Shown: positions 24,919 to 34,929, counted from the first letter of the stretch. The stretch is DNA of 64,000 bases from a bacterium (GCA_017431625.1 JAFRKQ010000015.1:17608-81607), one strand, 5' to 3'. The notes: generated from the sequence alone by a model not told the origin. Numbers and translations: made by a program.

Positions 24919-25863
24919 TTGTGGATAATGTATAATCCTTATCAAGCCCAACTAGACCGACTCGCCGCTTTAGTGAAGGAAAATGAAGCCTTAATGATGG
25001 ATCCTGAACTACAAGAGTTGGCTCGTAGTGAGATTGCGGATTTACGTGCTCAAATAGAGTCACTCCAGGCAGCAGCGGACGCGATGCAAGTGACCACGGC
25101 TGGAGCAGCCACTAATTTGGCGCTCGCCAATTGTATTATGGAGGTGCGTGGCGGCGCCGGCGGCAATGAAGCCAAACTGTGGGCGGGTGAACTTTTGCGC
25201 ATCTACTTGCGCTACAGCGAACACCATCATCTCAAGGTGGAATATTTAGATGATGACGTGATCAAAATTAAAGGTCACGTGACTGACACTGACGGCACTA
25301 CCTGGTATCCTTATCAACTTTTTAAGTGGGAGTCGGGAGTGCATCGGGTACAACGCGTACCAGTGACCGAAAGCAGCGGTCGGATTCATACCTCCACCGC
25401 CTCACTGGCGGTGTTGCCAGAGATTAAGACTACTAGTGTCCAGATCCGAGAAGAAGATTTAGATTGGCAATTTACCAGGGCCGGCGGCGCCGGTGGCCAA
25501 AATGTCAATAAGGTCAACTCGGCGGTCCGCTTGACACATATTCCCACGGGGATCGTGGTCAGTGCGCGCCAAGAGCGCAAGCAAGCCCAAAATCGCCAAA
25601 TCGCTTTGGAAATGCTGGCAGCCAAATTATGGGAGATCGAGGAAGAAAAGCGTCAGCAAGCTTTGGGTAATGCTAGAAGTGCGATTGGTCGGGCACAGCG
25701 GGCCGAAAAAATCCGGACTTACAATTTCCCCCAAAATCGCGTTACTGATCACCGGCTCAATCAAAGTTGGTATGACTTACCAGTAGTTTTGGAAGGGCAT
25801 ATCGGCGAAATTTTGCGAGCCTGTCGACAACTGGAGGCCGACACTGTGACTATTGGAGATTAG
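24919..25863 (+). CDS. prfA: Peptide chain release factor 1
   Basis: [17 protein letters not shown] (PxT) and [10 protein letters not shown] (GGQ) motifs; start may be ATG 24928. Confidence 0.85.
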   Translation: MWIMYNPYQAQLDRLAALVKENEALMMDPELQELARSEIADLRAQIESLQAAADAMQVTTAGAATNLALANCIMEVRGGAGGNEAKLWAGELLRIYLRYSEHHHLKVEYLDDDVIKIKGHVTDTDGTTWYPYQLFKWESGVHRVQRVPVTESSGRIHTSTASLAVLPEIKTTSVQIREEDLDWQFTRAGGAGGQNVNKVNSAVRLTHIPTGIVVSARQERKQAQNRQIALEMLAAKLWEIEEEKRQQALGNARSAIGRAQRAEKIRTYNFPQNRVTDHRLNQSWYDLPVVLEGHIGEILRACRQLEADTVTIGD

Positions 25864-25885
25864 TTTTGTGGTAAAATAAAACGTC

Positions 25886-26992
25886 ATGAAAAAAATCATC
25901 GCGATTATCACTAGTTTTTGGATCGTGATTGTGACAGGTGGACATGTTTGGGCGCAAAGCGAAAATATGGAAGCGGTGATTACGGCGGTAGAAGACACCA
26001 AGACCGTTGTTCCTGCTGGTGGAGGGCCAGCACAAGTAAGTCAAAACTTGAGACTTTTAATCACCTCGGGTGATAAAAAGGGCCAGGAGATAACACTGGA
26101 AAATGATAATGCTCCGGTAGCTAATTTGCGTCAGTACCAATTGGGTGACAAAGTGGTGCTTTACAATCAGCCGGAAACGGAGAATTATACGATCGCAGAC
26201 GTTGTCCGTCGGCCAGTTTTAGCTTGGCTTTTTGCTATCTTTGTGGTCGCAGCCATTGTCGTTGGTCACTGGCAAGGAGTGACTTCACTACTGGGGTTGG
26301 CGGCTTCTTTTGTCCTGATTTTTTTCTGGATCGTACCACGAGTGGCGAGCGGCAGCAATCCGATTGTGATGGTGACTGCAGGTTGTTTGATTATTATCCC
26401 CATTATGTTTTTGTTGTCACATGGTTGGAATAAAACGACTTTGGTGGCGATGGTGGCCACTTTGATGGCAATGATGTTTACAGGTGGCCTAATCGTGATT
26501 TTTGTGCAATGGGCGAGATTGACTGGGCTGGCGTCCGAAGAAGCTGGCTTTCTTTTAGCGATGAATCCAGATTTACTTGATTTTCGCCAACTGCTGGCGG
26601 CCGGGATGCTTTTTGCTACTTTGGGAGTGCTCGATGATGTCACGATTTCACAAGCAGCGATTGTCAGTGAACTGAAAAAAACTGATCCTACGCTAGATTT
26701 TTGGCGACTTTATGCGGGTGCAAGCAAACTGGGGCGTGACCATATTGCCTCAATGATCAATACCTTGATTCTGGTTTATGCTGGGGCCAGCTTTCCCCTA
26801 CTCTTGCTTTTTAATCAATCACGAGAAAGTTTGAGTCTGGTGCTTAATTATGAAATCATCGCCGATGAGATTGTACGGACGCTCACGGGCAGTATTGGTT
26901 TGATTATGGCGGTACCACTGACCACTCTTTTGGCTTGCTTGGTAGAGACGACTAAGTTTCGTGCGGGTGCGCGTCGCCCTCACCATAAATAA
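25886..26992 (+). CDS. YibE/F-family membrane protein
   Basis: Signal peptide, soluble domain, then 6-7 TM helices typical of YibE/F. Confidence 0.65.
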   Translation: MKKIIAIITSFWIVIVTGGHVWAQSENMEAVITAVEDTKTVVPAGGGPAQVSQNLRLLITSGDKKGQEITLENDNAPVANLRQYQLGDKVVLYNQPETENYTIADVVRRPVLAWLFAIFVVAAIVVGHWQGVTSLLGLAASFVLIFFWIVPRVASGSNPIVMVTAGCLIIIPIMFLLSHGWNKTTLVAMVATLMAMMFTGGLIVIFVQWARLTGLASEEAGFLLAMNPDLLDFRQLLAAGMLFATLGVLDDVTISQAAIVSELKKTDPTLDFWRLYAGASKLGRDHIASMINTLILVYAGASFPLLLLFNQSRESLSLVLNYEIIADEIVRTLTGSIGLIMAVPLTTLLACLVETTKFRAGARRPHHK

Positions 26993-27012
26993 CACCTATT
27001 CGTCAAGGAAAA

Positions 27013-27687
27013 CTACTCTTGATAGAGGGCTCTGGCGACCAGCAAATCCTGAGGGTAAGTGATTTTGAGATTGCGATTGTTGCCGGTGACGATGGCCACT
27101 GGTCGCTCAAGAAAACGAGTGACCAGTTCGCTTTCGTCGGTCATTTTGTCAAAACCAGCCTCGCGTGCTCGGGTGAAAGCGCGCAAAATTAGCTCTCGCT
27201 GGAAAGTTTGTGGTGTTTGTGCTAGGTAGATGGTGTTGCGGTCAATGGCGGCGGTATTTTGCTGGTCATGCACGACTTTAATGCTGTCCGTGGCGGGTGC
27301 GGCTACCAAGGCGGCTCCGTGAGCAGCAGCTAAATTATAGCTTTGACGGATATGCTCGGCACTAATCAGTGGCCTGGCGGCGTCATGAATGGCCACAAGC
27401 TCGCCGCTGGCGGTTTGAATGCCAAGGAGTGATGATTGCCAACGCTGCGCCCCGCCCTCAATGATTTTAATTCTGGAGTCGGGACAAAATTCATCAATCA
27501 GTTTTTGGTATTGCTGGCGCCATTGGGAGTGAGAGACCACGATAATCTCGGTTATCTCGGGGAGCAAAAAGGCACGGATACTGTGAATGATCACTGGTGT
27601 GTCCGCAATTGTATCTAGCAGTTTATTGCCGCCATAACGCTCTCCCACACCAGCAGCGACCAAAACAGCACTTAACACTTTTGTCAT
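27013..27687 (-). CDS. IspD/TarI-family cytidylyltransferase
   Basis: LSAVLVAAGVGERYGGNKLL N-terminal nucleotidyltransferase motif; two upstream promoters, proximal one leaderless. Confidence 0.7.
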   Translation of the reverse strand: MTKVLSAVLVAAGVGERYGGNKLLDTIADTPVIIHSIRAFLLPEITEIIVVSHSQWRQQYQKLIDEFCPDSRIKIIEGGAQRWQSSLLGIQTASGELVAIHDAARPLISAEHIRQSYNLAAAHGAALVAAPATDSIKVVHDQQNTAAIDRNTIYLAQTPQTFQRELILRAFTRAREAGFDKMTDESELVTRFLERPVAIVTGNNRNLKITYPQDLLVARALYQE

Positions 27688-27772
27688 AAGCCGTATTATA
27701 ACATAAAAACCTTTACCAATAAGCCCCAAAAACCCTCCTGAAATCAGGCTTAATGGTAGCGAAGTGTCCTTT

Positions 27773-27801
27773 ATTATATCACATATGGTCACTTTTGTCA
27801 A
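27773..27801 (-). promoter_or_regulatory. Sigma70 promoter TTGACA-17-TATAAT preceded by conserved AATTGCCTC
   Basis: Minus strand: AATTGCCTCTTGACAaaagtgaccatatgtgaTATAAT. Confidence 0.6.
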
Positions 27802-27810
27802 GAGGCAATT

Positions 27811-27837
27811 TTAGCACTAGCTCTTGCAATTTGCTAA
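27811..27837. promoter_or_regulatory. CIRCE-like inverted repeat (HrcA operator candidate) upstream of dnaJ-like gene
   Basis: TTAGCACTA-N9-ATTTGCTAA vs consensus TTAGCACTC-N9-GAGTGCTAA; lies just upstream of -10 TGTATAAT (27845-27852). Confidence 0.6.
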
Positions 27838-27860
27838 TTTTCGGTGTATAATAGGTGCCT

Positions 27861-28709
27861 ATGCCAACAAAAAGAGATTATTATGAAGTTTTGGGAGTGA
27901 GCAAGACGGCGAGTGAGGACGAAATCAAGTCGGCCTATCGCAAAATGGCTCTCAAATATCATCCAGATCGTAATAAAGCCGCTGATGCTGAGGCAAAATT
28001 TAAGGAAATCAATGAAGCTTATCAAGTTTTGAGTGATAAAAGTCAGCGGCAAAAGTATGATCAATTTGGCCACTCAGCTTTTGATCCAGCGGCTGGCATG
28101 GGTGGCAATCCTTTCTCGGGTGCCTATCAACAAGGGCCATTCACTTGGTCATATTCCACTGGCGGTTCGCCTTTTGGTGATGGAGTGGATTTCATTGATC
28201 CTTTTGAAGTTTTTAATAGTTTTTTTGGCGGTAGCTACAATAGCCGGCGGATGCCTAATTATTCGCTCCACCTTGATTTTATGGAAGCCGCTTTGGGGTG
28301 TGAAAAAACTATTAGTGTGGGTGATCGCCGACAAACAATCAAGATCCCGGCTGGGGTTGATGATGGGACTCGCATCAAATTTACTGATTTTTACGTCACT
28401 TTTGACGTGGGTGCTGATCCTTATTTCAAGCGGCAAGGAGCGGATTTGTATGTCGATGTTTCGCTTCCAGTTTCGGCTTTAATTATTGGGGCAACAATCA
28501 AGGTAAAGACATTGACGGGTGAGATTAAGATGAAAGTGCGTGAGGGGACACCATCACACACGATGCTGCGACTTTCGGGCGAAGGTTTGGACCGATTGGA
28601 TCGGCGTGGTAAGGGTAATTTGTATGTGCGCCTGATCGCTGATATTCCCAAAAAGCTCAATCGTCAACAAAAACAAGTGGTCAATGCTTTGCGGGATGTT
28701 GGCCTATAA
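27861..28709 (+). CDS. DnaJ-class co-chaperone without zinc finger (type II, CbpA-like)
   Basis: J domain DYYEVLGV...[13 protein letters not shown] with HPD, G/F region, two C-terminal beta-sandwich domains, no CxxCxGxG repeats. Confidence 0.75.
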   Translation: MPTKRDYYEVLGVSKTASEDEIKSAYRKMALKYHPDRNKAADAEAKFKEINEAYQVLSDKSQRQKYDQFGHSAFDPAAGMGGNPFSGAYQQGPFTWSYSTGGSPFGDGVDFIDPFEVFNSFFGGSYNSRRMPNYSLHLDFMEAALGCEKTISVGDRRQTIKIPAGVDDGTRIKFTDFYVTFDVGADPYFKRQGADLYVDVSLPVSALIIGATIKVKTLTGEIKMKVREGTPSHTMLRLSGEGLDRLDRRGKGNLYVRLIADIPKKLNRQQKQVVNALRDVGL

Positions 28710-28785
28710 GTGGATTGATGCTTAAAAACTACTCACTATACCCGTAAAAAGATACGATTAAAGCCAAAAATAAGGCGAAAAGTGT

Positions 28786-29115
28786 TTAGTGACCAATGAG
28801 ACGGCGCAGATTGTCTACGACTCCCCCATTGACTGTGGGGTTGGGATTGTATGCGATTTCGGCTTGATTTATAGCTTGATGCTGTCTAGCAGCAGCGATT
28901 TGGGCCACTTGGTCGCGAGCTGATTGGAGAGCTGCCTGTTCTTGGAGATGTTTTTGTTCGAGCATTTCTTTTTGGGCTTGAGCAGCGGCTTTTTGGGCGA
29001 CAATGCCAGGAACACGCGGTATACGACCCAAAACTCCGCGTAAATGGTCATTGAGTAACACTCCAGAGTGCCCAGTATAAGGCAATTCATCATAGTTAAA
29101 GTTTTGTTTGTCCAT
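28786..29115 (-). CDS. Hypothetical protein (109 aa)
   Basis: ORF only; Gln/Ala-rich helical segment. Confidence 0.4.
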   Translation of the reverse strand: MDKQNFNYDELPYTGHSGVLLNDHLRGVLGRIPRVPGIVAQKAAAQAQKEMLEQKHLQEQAALQSARDQVAQIAAARQHQAINQAEIAYNPNPTVNGGVVDNLRRLIGH

Positions 29116-29409
29116 GTGACTTATTATACACTAAAATTGACAAAAATGGCACTAGTCTTGTTTGATCTTGTGCGGATATAAAAATATCGGTTACTGACAT
29201 TTAGACTTATAAAATTAAACGAGACTGATAAAATTGCCTGTAAAAATCCCATAAGTTTTGATTTAAACAATTGATATTAATATCTAAAAATTATTAACTA
29301 ACGCTAATATTGGGGCTTGCACTTTTGTCGGTTTTGTATTATAATAGGGGCGTTTGGGTAACCAGACGAAAAGCGAAAATAGAATTTGAGAAGAAATATT
29401 AAGGGCGAT

Positions 29410-31632
29410 ATGTTAAAAAATAATAAACTGCTTTACATTTTACCAGAAATGTCTTTCACAGCAACCGTGGGTGAAACGCCAAAACAGGACTATTATTTTG
29501 TCCAAACATTTCACCAAATTAACGGTGAGTTTATGCGCGATGAGAACTTTATTCACGAAAGCCTCAAAAAGTTGTTTGAGCGTGTGGAAGAAGCGCAATA
29601 TACTTTGGTATTGCCAGATTTTCTTTTTACAGATACTATTGTTAATGTACCCGAAACAGACGATGTCAAAATAGCTCAGTATTTGCGTGATCAATTGTTA
29701 CCACGCATTGAAGTCTCAACATTTTCGCACGAGACACGCACGTCGGTACTACTTCAGCGTAAAACTACGGCTAAAGTGCAGCTGTCGGCTTTTGAAAAGG
29801 AGCTGGCGGCTTCGTTGAAATTAGCCATTGGCAGTCGTGACATCACCATTGATGAAATTGTGCCTTTGTCATGGGCGCTCAAAGCAGCTGTCAGTCTTGA
29901 ACCCTCGCTCACTATTGCCCAAGTTGGTGAACGGTTATATTTGGCTGAACACTATATCGGTATTAATCAGACGATTAGTACCCCGATTAATGATTTGGAC
30001 GTGCTAGCGGAGTCGGTACGGACTTTGAAAGGCTCTGATCCTAATTTGCAAACCACTTATCTTTTCACCTCACAACTGGTGGAAGAAAAACTCAAGAAGT
30101 TCTTACTCAAGACTTTGCCGGTACAGCAGCTGACAGAGCCCATCGAAGAAGAAGCAAAAATTCCCCCATATGTCAAGCAAATTATTGAAGTGACTGCTAG
30201 AACTTTGAGTCTGTCGGATTTTGCTGTGCCTCGTTTCACTCTCCAGGCTGACGATCTTTTGGGTCAGATTCCCGCTTTGCCGGTCACCCAAGCAGAAGAA
30301 ACAACTGAGACAAAAGTCGAACCCGAAACAAGCGTGGAGTCCATTGATAATCATGATAATCAATCAACGAAGGAGCAAGCGGCCGAGGTGGCAGCTGTAG
30401 CGACAGCGGTGGCTCGCAGTTTGGACTTGGAGACGGCTAGTGACGCCGCGCTAGCATCACCAACAGCAAAACAATCTCAGTCGCCAGCAGACTCGACAAC
30501 GTCAGCAGCAAAATCAGCAGTAGCCTTGGACTCGGAAAAAGAAACTCCTCAACAAGCTTCGGAGTCCGAGGTCAGCGAGCCGGCTCAACCGGCGGCAGCC
30601 GAGCAAGCAAGTGAAGTGCCGGCGACGACAGCAACACCACCACAAGTGGCAACGGCTAGTCTCAATCGCGAGCCAACGCTGACGCAAGCAGCGGTGAGCG
30701 CAGAGTCAGTCGCAGTTGATGCCAAATCAGAAGCGTCATCATCTACGTCTCAGGCAGAGGTTACGGCACAAGCGTCACCGGTTTTGGTAGAGTCAGCGCC
30801 AGCGATTGCTGCTAAGCCGGAGACACCCGCTCTGGCGTCAGCATCAACACCGGCTCAACTCAAACAACCAGAAACGCCAGTCTTAAGTCAACCAGCGAAA
30901 GTGGAACAATTGCCTAGCAATGAGGCGATGCCGCGTTTGAGTTTCATGTCTCCCAAGCAAACTGCAACTAGCGAAACTATATCAGCGACTAATAACCCCA
31001 GTTCTCAGGATACTGAAGCGACCAAAAACGATAAAACTAGTGCAAAAAATGACAAAAAAGATGATAAAATATCAGCTAGTAAGCAATCGACGAGCAAGAA
31101 GAAAGGAAGCATGTCTTCATTTATAAAAAAATTACTGTTGTTTTTGTTGATTTTTGTGATTGTCATCGCTATCGGTATTGGTGTTGGGGTGTTAATCTTA
31201 TCCATGACCGATAAAGATTTTTTCAAGCGTGACGATTTACCAGAACCAGAGATGTCAGCTTTGCCCACGCCTGAGCCAGAAGAAGTGCCAGTACCCGAGG
31301 AATCTTCACCTGAAGCGGAAATTGTTGAGGAAGAAGAAGAAATTGATCCGGCTGAGTTTTCACTTAAAGTGGTTAATGCCACTGGGGTTGCTGGATTGGC
31401 TGGCAAGGCCAAAACTGCTCTTGAATCAGCAGGTTTTAGTGGCGTGCAAACCGGCAATGCTGCTGGTGAATATGAGACAGAAGGCACTTTTGTCTTGATG
31501 AAGGAAAAAAATTCGGCACTGATTAAGGCTTTGGAACAAGCTACCGGGCGGACGATGAATTACGATGAGGATGTAGACGTGGAAGACAAGGCTGGTAGCT
31601 TTGACGCGGTCATTGTCCTTAATGAGGAATAA
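29410..31632 (+). CDS. Membrane protein with cytoplasmic N-terminal domain, ~290-aa Ser/Ala/Thr/Glu-rich linker, TM helix and C-terminal LytR_C domain
   Basis: TM LLLFLLIFVIVIAIGIGVGVLIL; C-terminus FSLKVVNATGVAGLAGKAKTALESAGFSGVQTGNA...DAVIVLNE matches LytR_C; ATG 29410 with SD AAGGG. Confidence 0.6.
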   Translation: MLKNNKLLYILPEMSFTATVGETPKQDYYFVQTFHQINGEFMRDENFIHESLKKLFERVEEAQYTLVLPDFLFTDTIVNVPETDDVKIAQYLRDQLLPRIEVSTFSHETRTSVLLQRKTTAKVQLSAFEKELAASLKLAIGSRDITIDEIVPLSWALKAAVSLEPSLTIAQVGERLYLAEHYIGINQTISTPINDLDVLAESVRTLKGSDPNLQTTYLFTSQLVEEKLKKFLLKTLPVQQLTEPIEEEAKIPPYVKQIIEVTARTLSLSDFAVPRFTLQADDLLGQIPALPVTQAEETTETKVEPETSVESIDNHDNQSTKEQAAEVAAVATAVARSLDLETASDAALASPTAKQSQSPADSTTSAAKSAVALDSEKETPQQASESEVSEPAQPAAAEQASEVPATTATPPQVATASLNREPTLTQAAVSAESVAVDAKSEASSSTSQAEVTAQASPVLVESAPAIAAKPETPALASASTPAQLKQPETPVLSQPAKVEQLPSNEAMPRLSFMSPKQTATSETISATNNPSSQDTEATKNDKTSAKNDKKDDKISASKQSTSKKKGSMSSFIKKLLLFLLIFVIVIAIGIGVGVLILSMTDKDFFKRDDLPEPEMSALPTPEPEEVPVPEESSPEAEIVEEEEEIDPAEFSLKVVNATGVAGLAGKAKTALESAGFSGVQTGNAAGEYETEGTFVLMKEKNSALIKALEQATGRTMNYDEDVDVEDKAGSFDAVIVLNEE

Positions 31633-31634
31633 TC

Positions 31635-31946
31635 GTGATGGCGAAGACTAAAGCGGCTCCAGCCGCCGTAACGCCAGAGGAAGTAGCTGAGGCGGTGTCG
31701 GAAGACACCGCCCAGCTTGAGTTAGAAAAGCTGCAGAAAAAAATTGCTCGTGAAGAGAGGCGCAAGCGGCGAGAAATCGAAGCCACCAAACAAAAACAAG
31801 CCAAATGGCTGCTTCCAAGTCTGCTTTTGGGGACGATGCTGGTGTCATGGATATTAAGTCGACTCAATTTTGATGTTGATTCTACCCCAGCGCCAGCTGC
31901 TGAGTCACCGGCAAACGCGGAAGGCACTGAAACTTATCAAGATTGA
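31635..31946 (+). CDS. Small single-pass membrane protein (103 aa)
   Basis: ORF immediately after the preceding gene; TM WLLPSLLLGTMLVSWIL. Confidence 0.4.
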   Translation: MMAKTKAAPAAVTPEEVAEAVSEDTAQLELEKLQKKIAREERRKRREIEATKQKQAKWLLPSLLLGTMLVSWILSRLNFDVDSTPAPAAESPANAEGTETYQD

Positions 31947-32593
31947 TGTTTTTGGGGATAATTTTGCAGGAGAGTGAGAATTTGGGTAGGTTTTTTTACT
32001 AAATAGTCAGGCTTAAACCTTTCTAGTCCGATTTGTGAGTTGTAGCCGTAAGTGAGTGACACTACTGGCATTCCGATTTGTTGGCAAGCTTGAATGTCAC
32101 GGATTTCATCGCCAAAATACAGAGTGCTTTTTATTGGTATTTGATAGCGACGGCACAACTTTTTGAGCGTTTTTGCTTTGCGCCAAAGTCCTTTGGTGGG
32201 CATGATATCAGCAAAGACAGTGTCCAGGTCATATTGACGTAAAAAGTTTTGTACACTTGGAACATCATTGGAGGTAACGATATACATTTGATAGCCTTGG
32301 TCATAAAGGGTATTGAGGGTGTAAACAATACCGGGATAAGCTTTAATTTGGTGAGCGTGGGCGTGAATGTGTTTTTTGGCGCGCATCAGCAAATAAACAA
32401 ATTTCCACCAGCCGCCAGGAATAGTGTGAATGATTTGCCAAATCGTGAGCGAACGCAATTGATTAATGGTGTGTCGGCGGTGAAAATAGTCGCCCCACTT
32501 TTCGTATTCGACACGCAAAATTTCCATAGTGGGTGTAAAAGTATCAGCAATGGTGCCATCAAAATCAAATATCAAAACTGGTTTTTCTTGCAT
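31937..32593 (-). CDS. HAD-superfamily hydrolase
   Basis: LIFDFDGTIADT motif I, downstream HAD motifs. Confidence 0.75.
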   Translation of the reverse strand: MQEKPVLIFDFDGTIADTFTPTMEILRVEYEKWGDYFHRRHTINQLRSLTIWQIIHTIPGGWWKFVYLLMRAKKHIHAHAHQIKAYPGIVYTLNTLYDQGYQMYIVTSNDVPSVQNFLRQYDLDTVFADIMPTKGLWRKAKTLKKLCRRYQIPIKSTLYFGDEIRDIQACQQIGMPVVSLTYGYNSQIGLERFKPDYLVKKPTQILTLLQNYPQKHQS

Positions 32594-32642
32594 ATTTACT
32601 CTTTACAAAACTTGCCTCGTATGATAAACTAAATAAGTCATT

Positions 32643-33476
32643 ATGTCAACAATCATTTTATTTTTGAGTTTTTGGTTGGTCGCTTTTGGGTCGCGAGTAG
32701 AGGCTCAACAAGCATCGACAGTCTCAGCGCAAATGGAAGATAGCGAAGGTTTGGGAGCGGTGGGCGGCACTTCATCTTCGGATAATTTTATTATGACTTT
32801 GGGTGTCAATCAAGGCGATGATTCTAGTGATGACGACCTTAGTCAGACGTTGTCACTGCTTTCTCCGGCCAGTTATCGTCAGCTTTTGACGAGCAGCGGT
32901 GGACTTTATGGTGATAGCTTCGCCAGTGGTGAGGCGACTGGTATTAATACCGATATTCAGTTTAGTATTGACAAACTTTGGGTTGATTTCCCTTACATGT
33001 CACCAGGCATCTTGGCTACGGGTCAAAATGAACTGATAATTAACTCGAACGCCCCGATCGGCTATTCACTTTACACCGGCGAGGATTTACCACTGCATTT
33101 GCCGGAGATGGAGCAGAGACTTTTGGTGGATGGGCTTGCGGTTTATCCACGGGAAATCATTGCTGCGACCACTTGTGATGCCGGCGATTGCGATGATCAG
33201 ACGGCTGGTACTTGGGTTAATGGCGAAATTGCTGGTTTTGGTTATACTGTCATGGGTGATGACGCTTTGGCTGATTTTGCCGGTGGACAAAAGTATCGTG
33301 CCTTTAGTGATCTCAAACTGGGACAGCCAGCGCGACTGATCGCTACCAAAGATGCTTCTAGTCAGGCGCTGTCGCAGCGTCAACTCACTGTCCGCTATCA
33401 AGTGGGTGTCCGCGGTGATACTGAGGCAGGAGTGTTTCAAAACAGCGTTTATTATACATTAGTTCCAAATTATTAA
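32643..33476 (+). CDS. Secreted acidic protein (signal peptide), unknown function
   Basis: MSTIILFLSFWLVAFGSRVEA signal peptide; beta-rich. Confidence 0.5.
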   Translation: MSTIILFLSFWLVAFGSRVEAQQASTVSAQMEDSEGLGAVGGTSSSDNFIMTLGVNQGDDSSDDDLSQTLSLLSPASYRQLLTSSGGLYGDSFASGEATGINTDIQFSIDKLWVDFPYMSPGILATGQNELIINSNAPIGYSLYTGEDLPLHLPEMEQRLLVDGLAVYPREIIAATTCDAGDCDDQTAGTWVNGEIAGFGYTVMGDDALADFAGGQKYRAFSDLKLGQPARLIATKDASSQALSQRQLTVRYQVGVRGDTEAGVFQNSVYYTLVPNY

Positions 33477-33477
33477 C

Positions 33478-34491
33478 ATGTCAATTCTCTCTCGAGGTCA
33501 AAAACAAATCATTGTCTGGATGTGTGCTTGGTTTCTGACAGCAGTAGGTGCAGTGCAAGCGGTTGATTTGACAGTCTCACCAGCACAAAACTACATTCAA
33601 ATAGATGGTGGCGAGGAGCAGATTTTGGATTATATCTTGAGTAATGAAGACGTCGATGATTTGCAGGTGAGTCTGTCAGCGATGAGCTTTGCCACAGGTG
33701 ATCTCGATGGCAAACCTATTTTGAGTGCTCGCTTAGATTTTCCCTATTTATCGTTATTGTCTGCAGGTGAAACAGTGGATACCATCACCCTGGCGGCCGG
33801 CTCCAGTCAAACGGTCCAGGTGAAGGTAGCACCTCCTTTGGGAACTCCAGTCAAGGAATATCCGTTGGTGTTACTTTTTGAAGCACGGGTGGCGACTCCA
33901 GATGATCAAGTGGGTAGCGGCGTAGGTATGCAAGTGGGTTCGAATTTAATTGTCCGCCTTGATCACAGCAATGAAGACAAAAGTGATTTGTCAATTGCAC
34001 TGGTGGACAATTGGCATGGTTTAGTGGACACTTTTGGCCGAACAAGCCAACAAGTGCTGGTACGCAATCGAGGCAGCTTCGGCACATTAATCAATGGCGA
34101 GGTGACTCTTCGGCGCGGACAACAAGAGGTAGCTCATTGGGATTTTTACCCGGACTTGGTTTTGGGGGAAAGTGAGCGTCTGGCGCGAGTGAGTGATGGT
34201 AGTATTGATGGTAATGGCAATATTTCTTTGAGTTCATCACTTGATTTACCGCCATTTTTGTTGGGGCATTATACTCTTGAAGCCCGAGTGCACAGTATTA
34301 AAGCTAGTCGTGACATGGGCTCGACAGTAACAGTCAGCTTTATTGCTCTTCCCTATTGGCTTTTGACTCTATTGGTGGTGATTGCAGTTTTGGTAATTAT
34401 TACCGCGAAAGTGTCGCGCCCCAAAACCAAAAAACAACAACTTCAGAAACGTCTTGCACAAATGAAACGACAAAAAGAATTTTTTGAGTAA
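33478..34491 (+). CDS. Cell-surface protein with signal peptide and C-terminal TM anchor plus basic tail
   Basis: N-terminal signal peptide, C-terminal LPYWLLTLLVVIAVLVIITAKVSRPKTKK; start 2 nt after preceding stop. Confidence 0.5.
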   Translation: MSILSRGQKQIIVWMCAWFLTAVGAVQAVDLTVSPAQNYIQIDGGEEQILDYILSNEDVDDLQVSLSAMSFATGDLDGKPILSARLDFPYLSLLSAGETVDTITLAAGSSQTVQVKVAPPLGTPVKEYPLVLLFEARVATPDDQVGSGVGMQVGSNLIVRLDHSNEDKSDLSIALVDNWHGLVDTFGRTSQQVLVRNRGSFGTLINGEVTLRRGQQEVAHWDFYPDLVLGESERLARVSDGSIDGNGNISLSSSLDLPPFLLGHYTLEARVHSIKASRDMGSTVTVSFIALPYWLLTLLVVIAVLVIITAKVSRPKTKKQQLQKRLAQMKRQKEFFE

Positions 34492-34557
34492 ATTTTGTGA
34501 ACGTTTAATTTTTGTGTACAAAATGGATAATAACCACTATATTTAGGATTTTTTTGA

Positions 34558-34929
34558 TTAAGGGAAAGTGATATTTTCGTAGTGGTCAATGTTTGCTGGA
34601 GTGATGGCGACAATGTCAAAGCGCCAGTCGGTCTGGAGATGGTGCTGCTTGGCATAACGTTTACCAGCGGTGATAAAGGCTTTAAGTTTGCGCTTATCAA
34701 CAGCGTCAGCGGGATTACCGCCATCATCATTACGTCGAGTTTTCACTTCCACAAAAACAGTTTCTTGATAGCGAGGATCAAAAGCGACCAGGTCAAGTTC
34801 ATACTGGCCGCAACGGACATTGCGCGCCAAAATCTGATAGTCTTTTGCCTCTAAATAAACACTGGCTAGAGTCTCACCGGCTTGACCAAGAGTTTTTTTA
34901 AGCAGCGATGCTGGCGACGGGATTGACAC
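34558..34929 (-). CDS. yraN: YraN-family endonuclease (UPF0102)
   Basis: GETLASVYLEAKDYQILARNVRCGQYELDLVAFD...VFVEVKTR; GTG start 34929 overlaps rplS 3' end by 32 nt. Confidence 0.65.
   Translation of the reverse strand: MSIPSPASLLKKTLGQAGETLASVYLEAKDYQILARNVRCGQYELDLVAFDPRYQETVFVEVKTRRNDDGGNPADAVDKRKLKAFITAGKRYAKQHHLQTDWRFDIVAITPANIDHYENITFP

Noticed and set aside
27013-27687. Evidence for a MEP isoprenoid pathway from the IspD-like gene
   Set aside because: IspD and TarI (ribitol-5-P cytidylyltransferase) cannot be told apart from sequence here, and no other MEP genes are in the window; left as IspD/TarI family.
32643-34491. WxL / DUF916 (Csc-type) surface protein assignment
   Set aside because: The architecture (secreted protein plus C-terminally anchored protein) is suggestive, but no WxL motifs (only WVD/WVN) or other diagnostic motifs were found, so it is left as unknown.
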